A stretch of DNA of 64,000 bases. Source: Eledone cirrhosa. Its lineage: Eukaryota. Location of the stretch: assembly GCA_964016885.1 (NCBI GenBank), contig OZ024744.1, forward strand, positions 12,648,001 through 12,712,000, given 5' to 3'. The notes below the pieces were generated by a model that was not told where the DNA came from, did no database searches, and worked only from the letters and a program-made list of their open reading frames with translations. Positions 31,801 through 46,800 of this stretch are shown here, piece after piece. The position numbers and the translations under genes were made by a program. Positions within the stretch are counted from its first letter, which is position 1; every line of letters starts with the position of its first letter.

Positions 31801-34800
31801 CCACACTGTAAAGTGGTCATGTAGGTGTTACAACAAAAAGTACCCAGTACACACTGTAAAGTGGTCATGTAGGTATCACAACAAAAAGTACGCAGTCCAC
31901 ACTGTAAAGTAGTCATGTAGGTGTCATGACAAAAAGTACCCAGTACACACTGTAAAGTGGTCATGGAGGTGTCATGACAAAAAGTACCCAGTACACACTG
32001 TAAAGTAGTCCTGTAGGTGCCACAACAAAAAGTACCCAGTCCACACTGTAAAGTAGTCATGTAGGTGTTACAACAAAAATTACCCAGTACACACTGTAAA
32101 GTGGTTATGTAGGTATCACAACAAAAAGTACCCAGTACACACTGTAAAGTGGTCATGTAGGTGTCATGACAAAAAGTACCCATCCACACTGTAACATGGT
32201 TGTGTAGGTCTCACAACAAAAAGTACCCAGTACACACTGTAAAGTGTTCATGTAGGTGTCACAACAAAAAGTACCCAGTACACACTGTAACGTGGTTATG
32301 TAGGTATCATAACAAAAAGTACCCAGTACACACTGTAAAGTGGTCATGTAGGTGTCATGACAAAAAGTACCCACTACACACTGTAAAGTAGTCATGTAGG
32401 TGTTACAACAAAAAGTACCCAGTCCACACTGTAAAGTGGTTATGTAGGTGTCACAACAAAAAGTACCCACTACACACTGTAAAGTGGTCATGTAGGTGTC
32501 ATGACAAAAAATACCCAGTACACACTGTAAAGTGGTCATGTAGGTGTCACAACAGAAAGTACACAGTACACACTGTAACGTGGTCATGTAGGTGTCACAA
32601 CAAAGAGTACCCAGTCCACACTGTAAAGTGGTTATGTAGGTGTCACAGCAAAAAGTACCCAGTCCACACTGTAAAGTAGTTATGTAGGTGTCATGACAAA
32701 AAGCACCCAGTACACACTGTAACGTGGTTGTGTAGGTGTCACAACAAAAAGTACCCAGTACACACTGTAAAGTGGTTGTGTAGGTATCACAACAGAAAGT
32801 ACCCAGTACACACTGTAAAGTAGTCCTGTAGGTGTCACAACAGAAAGTACCCAGTTCACACTGTAAAGTGGTTGTGTAGGTATCACAACAGAAAGTACCC
32901 AGTACACACTGTAAAGTAGTCCTGTAGGTGTCACAACAGAAAGTCCCCAGTACACACTGTAACGTGGTCATGTAGGTGTCACAACAGAAAGTACCCAGTA
33001 CACACTGTAACATGGTTGTGTAGGGATCACAACAAAAAGTACCCAGTACACACTGTAAAGTGGTCATGTAGGTGTCATGACAAAAAGTACCCAGTACACA
33101 CTGTAGAGTGGTCATATAGTTGTCATAAAAAAAAAGTACCCAGTACACACTGTAAAGTAGTCCTGTAGGTGTCACAACAGAAAGTACCCAGTACACACTG
33201 TAAAGTGGTCATGTAGGTGTCACAACAGAAAGTACCCAGTACACACTGTAACGTGGTTGTGTAGGTATCACTACAAAAAGTACCCAGTACACACTGTAAC
33301 GTGGTTATGTAGGTGTCACAACAAAAAGAACCCAGTCCACACTGAAAGTGGTCATATAGGTATCACAACAAAAAGTACCCAGTACACACTGTAACGTGGT
33401 CATGTAGGTGCCACAACAAAAAGTACCCAGTCCACACTGTAAAGTAGTCATGTAGGTGTTACAACAAAAAGTACCCAGTCCACACTGTAAAGTGGTCATG
33501 TAGGTGTCACAACAGAAAGTACCCATCCGCACTGTAACGTGGTTGTCTAGGTCTCACAACAGAAAGTACCCAGTACACACTGTAAAGTGGTCATGTAGGG
33601 CTCACAACAGAAAGTACCCAGTCCACACTGTAGCCTGCTCATATAGGTGTGACAACAGAAAGTACCCAGTACACACTGTAATGTGGTTATGTAGGTATCA
33701 CAACAAAAAGTACCCAGTACACACTGTAAAGTGGTCATGTAGGTGTCATGGCAAAAAGTACCCACTACACACTGTAAAGTGGTCATGTAGGTGTCATGAC
33801 AAAAAGTACCCAGTACACATTGTAAAGTAGTCCTGTAGGAGTCACAACAGAAAGTACCCAGTCCACACTGTAAAGTGGTCATGTAGGTGTCACAACAAAA
33901 AGTACCCAGTCCACACTGTAAAGTAGTCATGTAGGTGTTACAACAAAAAGTACCCAGTCCACGCTGTAAAGTGGTCATGTAGGTGTCACAACAGAAAGTA
34001 CCCCTCCACACTGTAACGTGGTTGTGTAGGTCTCACAACAAAAAGTACCCAGTACACACTGTAAAGTAGTGCTGTAGGAGTCACAACAGAAAGTACACAG
34101 TCCACACTGTAAAGTGGTCATGTAGGTGTTACAACAAAAAGTACCCAGTACACACTGAAAAGTGGTCATATAGGTATCACAACAAAAAGTACCCAGTCCA
34201 CACTGTAAAGTGGTTATGTAGGTGTCACAACAAAAAGTACCCAGTCCACACTGTAAAGTGGTCATGTAGGTATCACAACAAAAAGTACCCAGTCACACTG
34301 TAAAGTGGTCATGTAGGTGTCACAACAGAAAGTACCCATCCACACAGTAAAGTGGTCATGTAGGTCTCACAACAGAAAGTACCCAGTCCACACTGTAAAG
34401 TGGTTGTGTAGGTGTCACAACAGAAAGTACCCAGTACACACTGTAAAGTGGTCATGTAGGTCTCAAAACAGAAAGTACCCAGTCCACACTGTAGCCTGGT
34501 CATATAGGTGTCACAACAGAAACTACCCAGAACACACTGTAACGTGGTTATGTAGGTATCACAACAAAAAGTACCCAGTACACACTGTAAAGTGGTCATG
34601 TAGGTGTCATGACAAAAAGTACCCAGTACACACTGTAAAGTAGTCATGTAGGTGTCATGACAAAAAGTACCCAGTACACACTGTAACGTGGTTGTGTAGG
34701 TGTCACAACAAAAAGTACCCAGTACACACTGTAAAGTGGTTGTGTAGGTATCACAACAGAAAGTACCCAGTACACACTGTAAAGTAGTCCTGTAGGTGTC

Positions 34801-37800
34801 ACAACAGAAAGTACCCAGTCCACACTGTAAAGTGGTTGTGTAGGTATCACAACAGAAAGTACCCAGTACACACTGTAAAGTAGTCCTGTAGGTGTCACAA
34901 CAGAAAGTCCCCAGTACACACTGTAACATGGTCATGTAGGTGTCACAACAGAAAGTACCCAGTACACACTGTAACGTGGTTGTGTAGGGATCACAACAAA
35001 AAGTACCCAGTACACACTGTAAAGTTGTCATGAAGGTGTCATGACAAAAAGTACCCACTACACACTGTAAAGTGGTCATGTAGGTGTCATGACAAAAAGT
35101 ACCCAGTACACGCTGTAAAGTAGTCCTGTAGGAGTCACAACAGAAAGTACCCAGTCCACACTGTAAAGTGGTCATGTAGGTGTTACAACAAAAAGTACCC
35201 AGTACACACTGTAAAGTGGTCATGTAGGTATCACAACAAAAAGTACGCAGTCCACACTGTAAAGTAGTCATGTAGGTGTCATGACAAAAAGTACCCAGTA
35301 CACACTGTAAAGTGGTCATGGAGGTGTCATGACAAAAAGTACCCAGTACACACTGTAAAGTAGTCCTGTAGGTGCCACAACAAAAAGTACCCAGTCCACA
35401 CTGTAAAGTAGTCATGTAGGTGTTACAACAAAAATTACCCAGTACACACTGTAAAGTGGTTATGTAGGTATCACAACAAAAAGTACCCAGTACACACTGT
35501 AAAGTGGTTATGTAGGTATCACAACAAAAAGTACCCAGTACACACTGTAAAGTGGTCATGTAGGTGTCATGACAAAAAGTACCCAGTACACACTGTAAAG
35601 TGGTCATGGAGGTGTCATGACAAAAAGTACCCAGTACACACTGTAAAGTAGTCCTGTAGGAGTCACAACAGAAAGTACCCATCCACACTGTAACATGGTT
35701 GTGTAGGTCTCACAACAAAAAGTACCCAGTACACACTGTAAAGTGTTCATGTAGGTGTCACAACAAAAAGTACCCAGTACACACTGTAACGTGGTTATGT
35801 AGGTATCACAACAAAAAGTACCCAGTACACACTGTAAAGTGGTCATGTAGGTGTCATGACAAAAAGTACCCACTACACACTGTAAAGTAGTCATGTAGGT
35901 GTTACAACAAAAAGTACCCAGTCCACACTGTAAAGTGGTTATGTAGGTGTCACAACAAAAAGTACCCACTACACACTGTAAAGTGGTCATGTAGGTGTCA
36001 TGACAAAAAATACCCAGTACACACTTTAAAGTGGTCATGTAGGTGTCACAACAGAAAGTACACAGTACACACTGTAACGTGGTCATGTAGGTGTCACAAC
36101 AAAGAGTACCCAGTCCACACTGTAAAGTGGTCATGTAGGTGTCACAGCAAAAAGTACCCAGTCCACACTGTAAAGTAGTTATGTAGGTGTCATGACAAAA
36201 AGCACCCAGTACACACTGTAACGTGGTTGTGTAGGTGTCACAACAAAAAGTACCCAGTACACACTGTAAAGTGGTTGTGTAGGTATCACAACAGAAAGTA
36301 CCCAGTACACACTGTAAAGTAGTCCTGTAGGTGTCACAACAGAAAGTACCCAGTTCACACTGTAAAGTGGTTGTGTAGGTATCACAACAGAAAGTACCCA
36401 GTACACACTGTAAAGTAGTCCTGTAGGTGTCACAACAGAAAGTCCCCAGTACACACTGTAACGTGGTTATGTAGGTGTCACAACAAAAAGAACCCAGTCC
36501 ACACTGAAAGTGGTCATATAGGTATCACAACAAAAAGTACCCAGTACACACTGTAACGTGGTCATGTAGGTGCCACAACAAAAAGTACCCAGTCCACACT
36601 GTAAAGTAGTCATGTAGGTGTTACAACAAAAAGTACCCAGTCCACACTGTAAAGTGGTCATGTAGGTGTCACAACAGAAAGTACCCATCCGCACTGTAAC
36701 GTGGTTGTCTAGGTCTCACAACAGAAAGTACCCAGTACACACTGTAAAGTGGTCATGTAGGGCTCACAACAGAAAGTACCCAGTCCACACTGTAGCCTGG
36801 TCATATAGGTGTGACAACAGAAAGTACCCAGTACACACTGTAATGTGGTTATGTAGGTATCACAACAAAAAGTACCCAGTACACACTGTAAAGTGGTCAT
36901 GTAGGTGTCATGGCAAAAAGTACCCACTACACACTGTAAAGTGGTCATGTAGGTGTCATGACAAAAAGTACCCAGTACACATTGTAAAGTAGTCCTGTAG
37001 GAGTCACAACAGAAAGTACCCAGTCCACACTGTAAAGTGGTCATGTAGGTGTCACAACAAAAAGTACCCAGTCCACACTGTAAAGTAGTCATGTAGGTGT
37101 TACAACAAAAAGTACCCAGTCCACACTGTAAAGTGGTCATGTAGGTGTCACAACAGAAAGTACCCCTCCACACTGTAAAGTGGTTGTGTAGGTCTCACAA
37201 CAAAAAGTACCCAGTACACACTGTAAAGTAGTCCTGTAGGAGTCACAACAGAAAGTACCCAGTCCACACTGTAAAGTGGTCATGTAGGTGTTACAACAAA
37301 AAGTACCCAGTACACACTGTAAAGTGGTCATATAGGTATCACAACAAAAAGTACCCAGTCCACACTGTAAAGTGGTTATGTAGGTGTCACAACAAAAAGT
37401 ACCCAGTACACACTGTAAAGTAGTCATGTAGGTGTCATGACAAAAAGTACCCAGTACACACTGTAACGTGGTTATGTAGATGTCACAACAAAAAGTACCC
37501 AGTACACACTGTAAAGTGGTTGTGTAGATATCACAACAGAAAGTACCCAGTACACACTGTAAAGTAGTCCTGTAGGTGTCACAACAGAAAGTACCCAGTC
37601 CACACTGTAAAGTGGTTGTGTAGGTATCACAACAGAAAGTACCCAGTACACACTGTAAAGTAGTCCTGTAGGTGTCACAACAGAAAGTCCCCAGTACACA
37701 CTGTAACGTGGTCATGTAGGTGTCACAACAGAAAGTACCCAGTACACACTGTAACGTGGTTGTGTAGGTATCACAACAAAAAGTACCCAGTACACACTGT

Positions 37801-40800
37801 AAAGTGGTCATGTAGGTGTCATGACAAAAAGTACCCACTACACACTGTAAAGTGGTCATGTAGGTGTCATGAAAAAAAGTACCCAGTACACACTGTAAAG
37901 TAGTCCTGTAGGAGTCACAACAGAAAGTACCCAGTCCACACTGTAAAGTGGTCATGTAGGTGTTACAACAAAAAGAACCCAGTACACACTGTAAAGTGGT
38001 CATGTAGGTGTCACAACAGAAAGTACCCAGTACACACTTTAATGTGGTCATGTAGGTGTCACAACAAAGAGTACCCAGTCCACACTGTAAAGTGGTCATG
38101 TAGGTGTCACAACAAAAAGTACCCAGTCCACACTGTAAAGTAGTCATGTAGGTGTTACAACAAAAAGTACCCAGTCCACACTGTAAAGTGGTCATGTAGG
38201 TGTCACAACAGAAAGTACCCCTCCACACTGTAACGTGGTTGTGTAGGTCTCACAACAAAAAGTACCCAGTACACACTGTAAAGTAGTCCTGTAGGAGTCA
38301 CAACAGAAAGTACCCAGTCCACACTGTAAAGTGGTCATGTAGGTGTTACAACAAAAAGTACCCAGTACACACTGTAAAGTGGTCATATAGGTATCACAAC
38401 AAAAAGTACCCAGTCCACACTATAAAGTGGTTATGTAGGTGTCACAACAAAAAGTACCCAGTCCACACTGTAAAGTGGTCATGTAGGTATCACAACAAAA
38501 AGTACCCAGTCACACTGTAAAGTGGTCATGTAGGTGTCACAACAGAAAGTACCCATCCACACTGTAACGTGGTTGTGTAGGTGTTACAACAAAAAGTACC
38601 CAGTCCACGCTGTAAAGTGGTCATGTAGGTCTCACAACAGAAAGTACCCAGTCCACACTGTAAAGTGGTTGTGTAGGTGTCACAACAGAAAGTACCCAGT
38701 ACACACTGTAAAGTGGTCATGTAGGTCTCAAAACAGAAAGTACCCAGTCCACACTGTAGCCTGGTCATATAGGTGTCACAACAGAAACTACCCAGAACAC
38801 ACTGTAACGTGGTTATGTAGGTATCACAACAAAAAGTACCCAGTACACACTGTAAAGTGGTCATGTAGGTGTCATTACAAAAAGTACCCAGTACACACTG
38901 TAAAGTAGTCATGTAGGTGTCATGACAAAAAGTACCCAGTACACACTGTAACGTGGTTGTGTAGGTGTCACAACAAAAAGTACCCAGTACACACTGTAAA
39001 GTGGTCATGTAGGTGTCATGACAAAAAGTACCCACTACACACTGTAAAGTAGTCATGTAGGTGTTACAACAAAAAGTACCCAGTCCACACTGTAAAGTGG
39101 TTATGTAGGTGTCACAACAAAAAGTACCCACTACACACTGTAAAGTGGTCATGTAGGTGTCATGACAAAAAATACCCAGTACACACTGTAAAGTGGTCAT
39201 GTAGGTGTCAGAACAGAAAGTACACAGTACACACTGTAACGTGGTCATGTAGGTGTCACAACAAAGAGTACCCAGTCCACACTGTAAAGTGGTCATGTAG
39301 GTGTCACAACAAAAAGTACCCAGTCCACACTGTAAAGTAGTTATGTAGGTGTCATGACAAAAAGCACCCAGTACACACTGTAACGTGGTTGTGTAGGTGT
39401 CACAACAAAAAGTACCCAGTACACACTGTAAAGTGGTTGTGTAGGTATCACAACAGAAAGTACCCAGTACACACTGTAAAGTAGTCCTGTAGGTGTCACA
39501 ACAGAAAGTACCCAGTTCACACTGTAAAGTGGTTGTGTAGGTATCACAACAGAAAGTACCCAGTACACACTGTAAAGTAGTCCTGTAGGTGTCACAACAG
39601 AAAGTCCCCAGTACACACTGTAACGTGGTCATGTAGGTGTCACAACAGAAAGTACCCAGTACACACTGTAACGTGGTTGTGTAGGGATCACAACAAAAAG
39701 TACCCAGTACACACTGTAAAGTGGTCATGTAGGTGTCATGACAAAAAGTACCCAGTACACACTGTAAAGTGGTCATATAGGTGTCATAAAAAAAAAGTAC
39801 CCAGTACACACTGTAAAGTAGTCCTGTAGGTGTCACAACAGAAAGTACCCAGTACACACTGTAAAGTGGTCATGTAGGTGTCACAACAGAAAGTACCCAG
39901 TACACACTGTAACGTGGTTGTGTAGGTATCACTACAAAAAGTACCCAGTACACACTGTAAAGTGGTCATGTAGGTGTCATGACAAAAAGTACCCAGTACA
40001 CACTGTAAAGTAGTCCTGTAGGAGTCACAACAGAAAGTACCCAGTCCACACTGTAAAGTGGTCATGTAGGTGTTACAACAAAAAGTACCCAGTACACACT
40101 GTAAAGTGGTCATGTAGGTGTCACAACAAAAAGTACCCAGTCCACACTGTAACGTGGTTATGTAGGTGTCACAACAAAAAGAACCCAGTCCACACTGAAA
40201 GTGGTCATATAGGTATCACAACAAAAAGTACCCAGTACACACTGTAACGTGGTCATGTAGGTGCCACAACAAAAAGTACCCAGTCCACACTGTAAAGTAG
40301 TCATGTAGGTGTTACAACAAAAAGTACCCAGTCCACACTGTAAAGTGGTCATGTAGGTGTCATAACAGAAAGTAACCATCCGCACTGTAACGTGGTTGTG
40401 TAGGTCTCACAACAGAAAGTACCCAGTACACACTGTAAAGTGGTCATGTAGGGCTCACAACAGAAAGTACCCAGTCCACACTGTAGCCTGGTCATATAGG
40501 TGTGACAACAGAAAGTACCCAGTACACACTGTAATGTGGTTATGTAGGTATCACAACAAAAAGTACCCAGTACACACTGTAAAGTGGTCATGTAGGTGTC
40601 ATGGCAAAAAGTACCCACTACACACTGTAAAGTGGTCATGTAGGTGTCATGACAAAAAGTACCCAGTACACATTGTAAAGTAGTCCTGTAGGAGTCACAA
40701 CAGAAAGTACCCAGTCCACACTGTAAAGTGGTCATGTAGGTGTCACAACAAAAAGTACCCAGTCCACACTGTAAAGTAGTCATGTAGGTGTTACAACAAA

Positions 40801-43800
40801 AAGTACCCAGTCCACACTGTAAAGTGGTCATGTAGGTGTCACAACAGAAAGTACCCCTCCACACTGTAACGTGGTTGTGTAGGTCTCACAACAAAAAGTA
40901 CCCAGTACACACTGTAAAGTAGTCCTGTAGGAGTCACAACAGAAAGTACCCAGTCCACACTGTAAAGTGGTCATGTAGGTGTTACAACAAAAAGTACCCA
41001 GTAAACACTGTAAAGTGGTCATATAGGTATCACAACAAAAAGTACCCAGTCCACACTGTAAAGTGGTTATGTAGGTGTCACAACAAAAAGTACCCAGTAC
41101 ACACTGTAAAGTAGTCATGTAGGTGTCATGACAAAAAGTACCCAGTACACACTGTAACGTGGTTATGTAGATGTCACAACAAAAAGTACCCAGTACACAC
41201 TGTAAAGTGGTTGTGTAGGTATCACAACAGAAAGTACCCAGTACACACTGTAAAGTAGTCCTGTAGGTGTCACAACAGAAAGTCCCCAGTACACACTGTA
41301 ACGTGGTCATGTAGGTGTCACAACAGAAAGTACCCAGTACACACTGTAACGTGGTTGTGTAGGGATCACAACAAAAAGTACCCAGTACACACTGTAAAGT
41401 GGTCATGTAGGTGTCATGACAAAAAGTACCCAGTACACACTGTAAAGTGGTCATATAGGTGTCATAAAAAAAAAGTACCCAGTACACACTGTAAAGTAGT
41501 CCTGTAGGTGTCACAACAGAAAGTACCCAGTACACACTGTAAAGTGGTCATGTAGGTGTCACAACAGAAAGTACCCAGTACACACTGTAACGTGGTTGTG
41601 TAGGTATCACTACAAAAAGTACCCAGTACACACTGTAACGTGGTTATGTAGGTGTCACAACAAAAAGAACCCAGTCCACACTGAAAGTGGTCATATAGGT
41701 ATCACAACAAAAAGTACCCAGTACACACTGTAACGTGGTCATGTAGGTGCCACAACAAAAAGTACCCAGTCCACACTGTAAAGTAGTCATGTAGGTGTTA
41801 CAACAAAAAGTACCCAGTCAACACTGTAAAGTGGTCATGTAGGTGTCACAACAGAAAGTACCCATCCGCACTGTAACGTGGTTGTCTAGGTCTCACAACA
41901 GAAAGTACCCAGTACACACTGTAAAGTGGTCATGTAGGGCTCACAACAGAAAGTACCCAGTCCACACTGTAGCCTGGTCATATAGGTGTGACAACAGAAA
42001 GTACCCAGTACACACTGTAATGTGGTTATGTAGGTATCACAACAAAAAGTACCCAGTACACACTGTAAAGTGGTCATGTAGGTGTCATGGCAAAAAGTAC
42101 CCACTACACACTGTAAAGTGGTCATGTAGGTGTCATGACAAAAAGTACCCAGTACACATTGTAAAGTAGTCCTGTAGGAGTCACAACAGAAAGTACCCAG
42201 TCCACACTGTAAAGTGGTCATGTAGGTGTCACAACAAAAAGTACCCAGTCCACACTGTAAAGTAGTCATGTAGGTGTTACAACAAAAAGTACCCAGTCCA
42301 CGCTGTAAAGTGGTCATGTAGGTGTCACAACAGAAAGTACCCCTCCACACTGTAACGTGGTTGTGTAGGTCTCACAACAAAAAGTACCCAGTACACACTG
42401 TAAAGTAGTGCTGTAGGAGTCACAACAGAAAGTACACAGTCCACACTGTAAAGTGGTCATGTAGGTGTTACAACAAAAAGTACCCAGTACACACTGAAAA
42501 GTGGTCATATAGGTATCACAACAAAAAGTACCCAGTCCACACTGTAAAGTGGTTATGTAGGTGTCACAACAAAAAGTACCCAGTACACACTGTAAAGTAG
42601 TCATGTAGGTGTCATGACAAAAAGTACCCAGTACACACTGTAACGTAGTTATGTAGGTGTCACAACAAAAAGTACCCAGTACACACTGTAAAGTGGTTGT
42701 GTAGGTATCACAACAGAAAGTACCCAGTACACACTGTAAAGTAGTCCTGTAGGTGTCACAACAGAAAGTACCCAGTCCACACTGTAAAGAGGTTGTGTAG
42801 GTATCACAACAGAAAGTACCCAGTACACACTGTAAAGTAGTCCTGTAGGTGTCACAACAGAAAGTCCCCAGTACACACCGTAACGTGGTCATGTAGGTGT
42901 CACAACAGAAAGTACCCAGTACACACTGTAACGTGGTTGTGTAGGTATCACAACAAAAAGTACCCAGTACACACTGTAAAGTGGTCATGTAGGTGTCATG
43001 ACAAAAAGTACCCACTACACATTGTAAAGTGGTCATGTAGGTGTCATGAAAAAAAGTACCCAGTACACACTGTAAAGTAGTCCTGTAGGAGTCACAACAA
43101 AAAGTACCCAGTCCACTGTAAAGTAGTCATGTAGGTGTTACAACAAAAAGTACCCAGTCCACACTGTAAAGTGGTCATGTAGGTGTCACAACAGAAAGTA
43201 CCCCTCCACACTGTAACGTGGTTGTGTAGGTCTCACAACAAAAAGTACCCAGTACACACTGTAAAGTAGTCCTGTAGGAGTCACAACAGAAAGTACCCAG
43301 TCCACACTGTAAAGTGGTCATGTAGGTGTTACAACAAAAAGTACCCAGTACACACTGTAAAGTGGTCATATAGGTATCACAACAAAAAGTACCAAGTCCA
43401 CACTATAAAGTGGTTATGTAGGTGTCACAACAAAAAGTACCCAGTCCACACTGTAAAGTGGTCATGTAGGTATCACAACAAAAAGTACCCAGTCACACTG
43501 TAAAGTGGTCATGTAGGTGTCACAACAGAAAGTACCCATCCACACTGTAACGTGGTTGTGTAGGTGTTACAACAAAAAGTACCCAGTCCACACTGTAAAG
43601 TAGTCATGTAGGTGTTACAACAAAAATTACCCAGTACACACTGTAAAGTGGTTATGTAGGTATCACAACAAAAAGTACCCAGTACACACTGTAAAGTGGT
43701 CATGTAGGTGTCACAACAGAAAGTACCCCTCCACACTGTAACGTGGTTGTGTAGGTCTCACAACAAAAAGTACCCAGTACACACTGTAAAGTAGTGCTGT

Positions 43801-46800
43801 AGGAGTCACAACAGAAAGTACACAGTCCACACTGTAAAGTGGTCATGTAGGTGTTACAACAAAAAGTACCCAGTACACACTGAAAAGTGGTCATATAGGT
43901 ATCACAACAAAAAGTACCCAGTCCACACTGTAAAGTGGTTATGTAGGTGTCACAACAAAAAGTACCCAGTACACACTGTAAAGTAGTCATGTAGGTGTCA
44001 TGACAAAAAGTACCCAGTACACACTGTAACGTGGTTATGTAGGTGTCACAACAAAAAGTACCCAGTACACACTGTAAAGTGGTTGTGTAGGTATCACAAC
44101 AGAAAGTACCCAGTACACACTGTAAAGTAGTCCTGTAGGTGTCACAACAGAAAGTACCCAGTCCACACTGTAAAGAGGTTGTGTAGGTATCACAACAGAA
44201 AGTACCCAGTACACACTGTAAAGTAGTCCTGTAGGTGTCACAACAGAAAGTCCCCAGTACACACCGTAACGTGGTCATGTAGGTGTCACAACAGAAAGTA
44301 CCCAGTACACACTGTAAAGTGGTTGTGTAGGTATCACAACAAAAAGTACCCAGTACACACTGTAAAGTGGTCATGTAGGTGTCATGACAAAAAGTACCCA
44401 CTACACATTGTAAAGTGGTCATGTAGGTGTCATGAAAAAAAGTACCCAGTACACACTGTAAAGTAGTCCTGTAGGAGTCACAACAGAAAGTACCCAGTCC
44501 ACACTGTAAAGTGGTCATGTAGGTGTTACAACAAAAAGTACCCAGTACACACTGTAAAGTGGTCATATAGGTATCACAACAAAAAGTACCAAGTCCACAC
44601 TATAAAGTGGTTATGTAGGTGTCACAACAAAAAGTACCCAGTCCACACTGTAAAGTGGTCATGTAGGTATCACAACAAAAAGTACCCAGTCACACTGTAA
44701 CGTGGTCATGTAGGTGTCACAACAAAGAGTACCCAGTCCACACTGTAAAGTGGTCATGTAGGTGTCACAACAAAAAGTACCCAGTCCACACTGTAAAGTA
44801 GTCATGTAGGTGTTACAACAAAAAGTACCCAGTCCACACTGTAAAGTGGTCATGTAGGTGTCACAACAGAAAGTACCCCTCCACACTGTAACGTGGTTGT
44901 GTAGGTCTCACAACAAAAAGTACCCAGTACACACTGTAAAGTAGTCCTGTAGGAGTCACAACAGAAAGTACCCAGTCCACACTGTAAAGTGGTCATGTAG
45001 GTGTTACAACAAAAAGTACCCAGTACACACTGTAAAGTGGTCATATAGGTATCACAACTAAAAGTACCAAGTCCACACTATAAAGTGGTTATGTAGGTGT
45101 CACAACAAAAAGTACCCAGTCCACACTGTAAAGTGGTCATGTAGGTATCACAACAAAAAGTACCCAGTCACACTGTAAAGTGGTCATGTAGGTGTCACAA
45201 CAGAAAGTACCCATCCACACTGTAACGTGGTTGTGTAGGTGTTACAACAAAAAGTACCCAGTCCACACTGTAAAGTAGTCATGTAGGTGTTACAACAAAA
45301 ATTACCCAGTACACACTGTAAAGTGGTTATGTAGGTATCACAACAAAAAGTACCCAGTACACACTGTAAAGTGGTCATGTAGGTGTCATGACAAAAAGTA
45401 CCCATCCACACTGTAACATGGTTGTGTAGGTCTCACAACAAAAAGTACCCAGTACACACTGTAAAGTGTTCATGTAGGTGTCACAACAAAAAGTACCCAG
45501 TACACACTGTAACGTGGTTGTGTAGGTGTCACAACAAAAAGTACCCAGTACACACTGTAAAGTGGTTGTGTAGGTATCACAACAGAAAGTACCCAGTACA
45601 CACTGTAAAGTAGTCCTGTAGGTGTCACAACAGAAAGTACCCAGTTCACACTGTAAAGTGGTTGTGTAGGTATCACAACAGAAAGTACCCAGTACACACT
45701 GTAAAGTAGTCCTGTAGGTGTCACAACAGAAAGTCCCCAGTACACACTGTAACGTGGTCATGTAGGTGTCACAACAGAAAGTACCCAGTACACACTGTAA
45801 CGTGGTTGTGTAGGGATCACAACAAAAAGTACCCAGTACACACTGTAAAGTGGTCATGTAGGTGTCATGACAAAAAGTACCCAGTACACACTGTAAAGTG
45901 GTCATATAGGTGTCATAAAAAAAAAGTACCCAGTACACACTGTAAAGTAGTCCTGTAGGTGTCACAACAGAAAGTACCCAGTACACACTGTAAAGTGGTC
46001 ATGTAGGTGTCACAACAGAAAGTACCCAGTACACACTGTAACGTGGTTGTGTAGGTATCACTACAAAAAGTACCCAGTACACACTGTAAAGTGGTCATGT
46101 AGGTGTCATGACAAAAAGTACCCAGTACACACTGTAAAGTAGTCCTGTAGGAGTCACAACAGAAAGTACCCAGTCCACACTGTAAAGTGGTCATGTAGGT
46201 GTTACAACAAAAAGTACCCAGTACACACTGTAAAGTGGTCATGTAGGTGTCACAACAAAAAGTACCCAGTCCACACTGTAACGTGGTTATGTAGGTGTCA
46301 CAACAAAAAGAACCCAGTCCACACTGAAAGTGGTCATATAGGTATCACAACAAAAAGTACCCAGTACACACTGTAACGTGGTCATGTAGGTGCCACAACA
46401 AAAAGTACCCAGTCCACACTGTAAAGTAGTCATGTAGGTGTTACAACAAAAAGTACCCAGTCCACACTGTAAAGTGGTCATGTAGGTGTCATAACAGAAA
46501 GTAACCATCCGCACTGTAACGTGGTTGTGTAGGTCTCACAACAGAAAGTACCCAGTACACACTGTAAAGTGGTCATGTAGGGCTCACAACAGAAAGTACC
46601 CAGTCCACACTGTAGCCTGGTCATATAGGTGTGACAACAGAAAGTACCCAGTACACACTGTAATGTGGTTATGTAGGTATCACAACAAAAAGTACCCAGT
46701 ACACACTGTAAAGTGGTCATGTAGGTGTCATGGCAAAAAGTACCCACTACACACTGTAAAGTGGTCATGTAGGTGTCATGACAAAAAGTACCCAGTACAC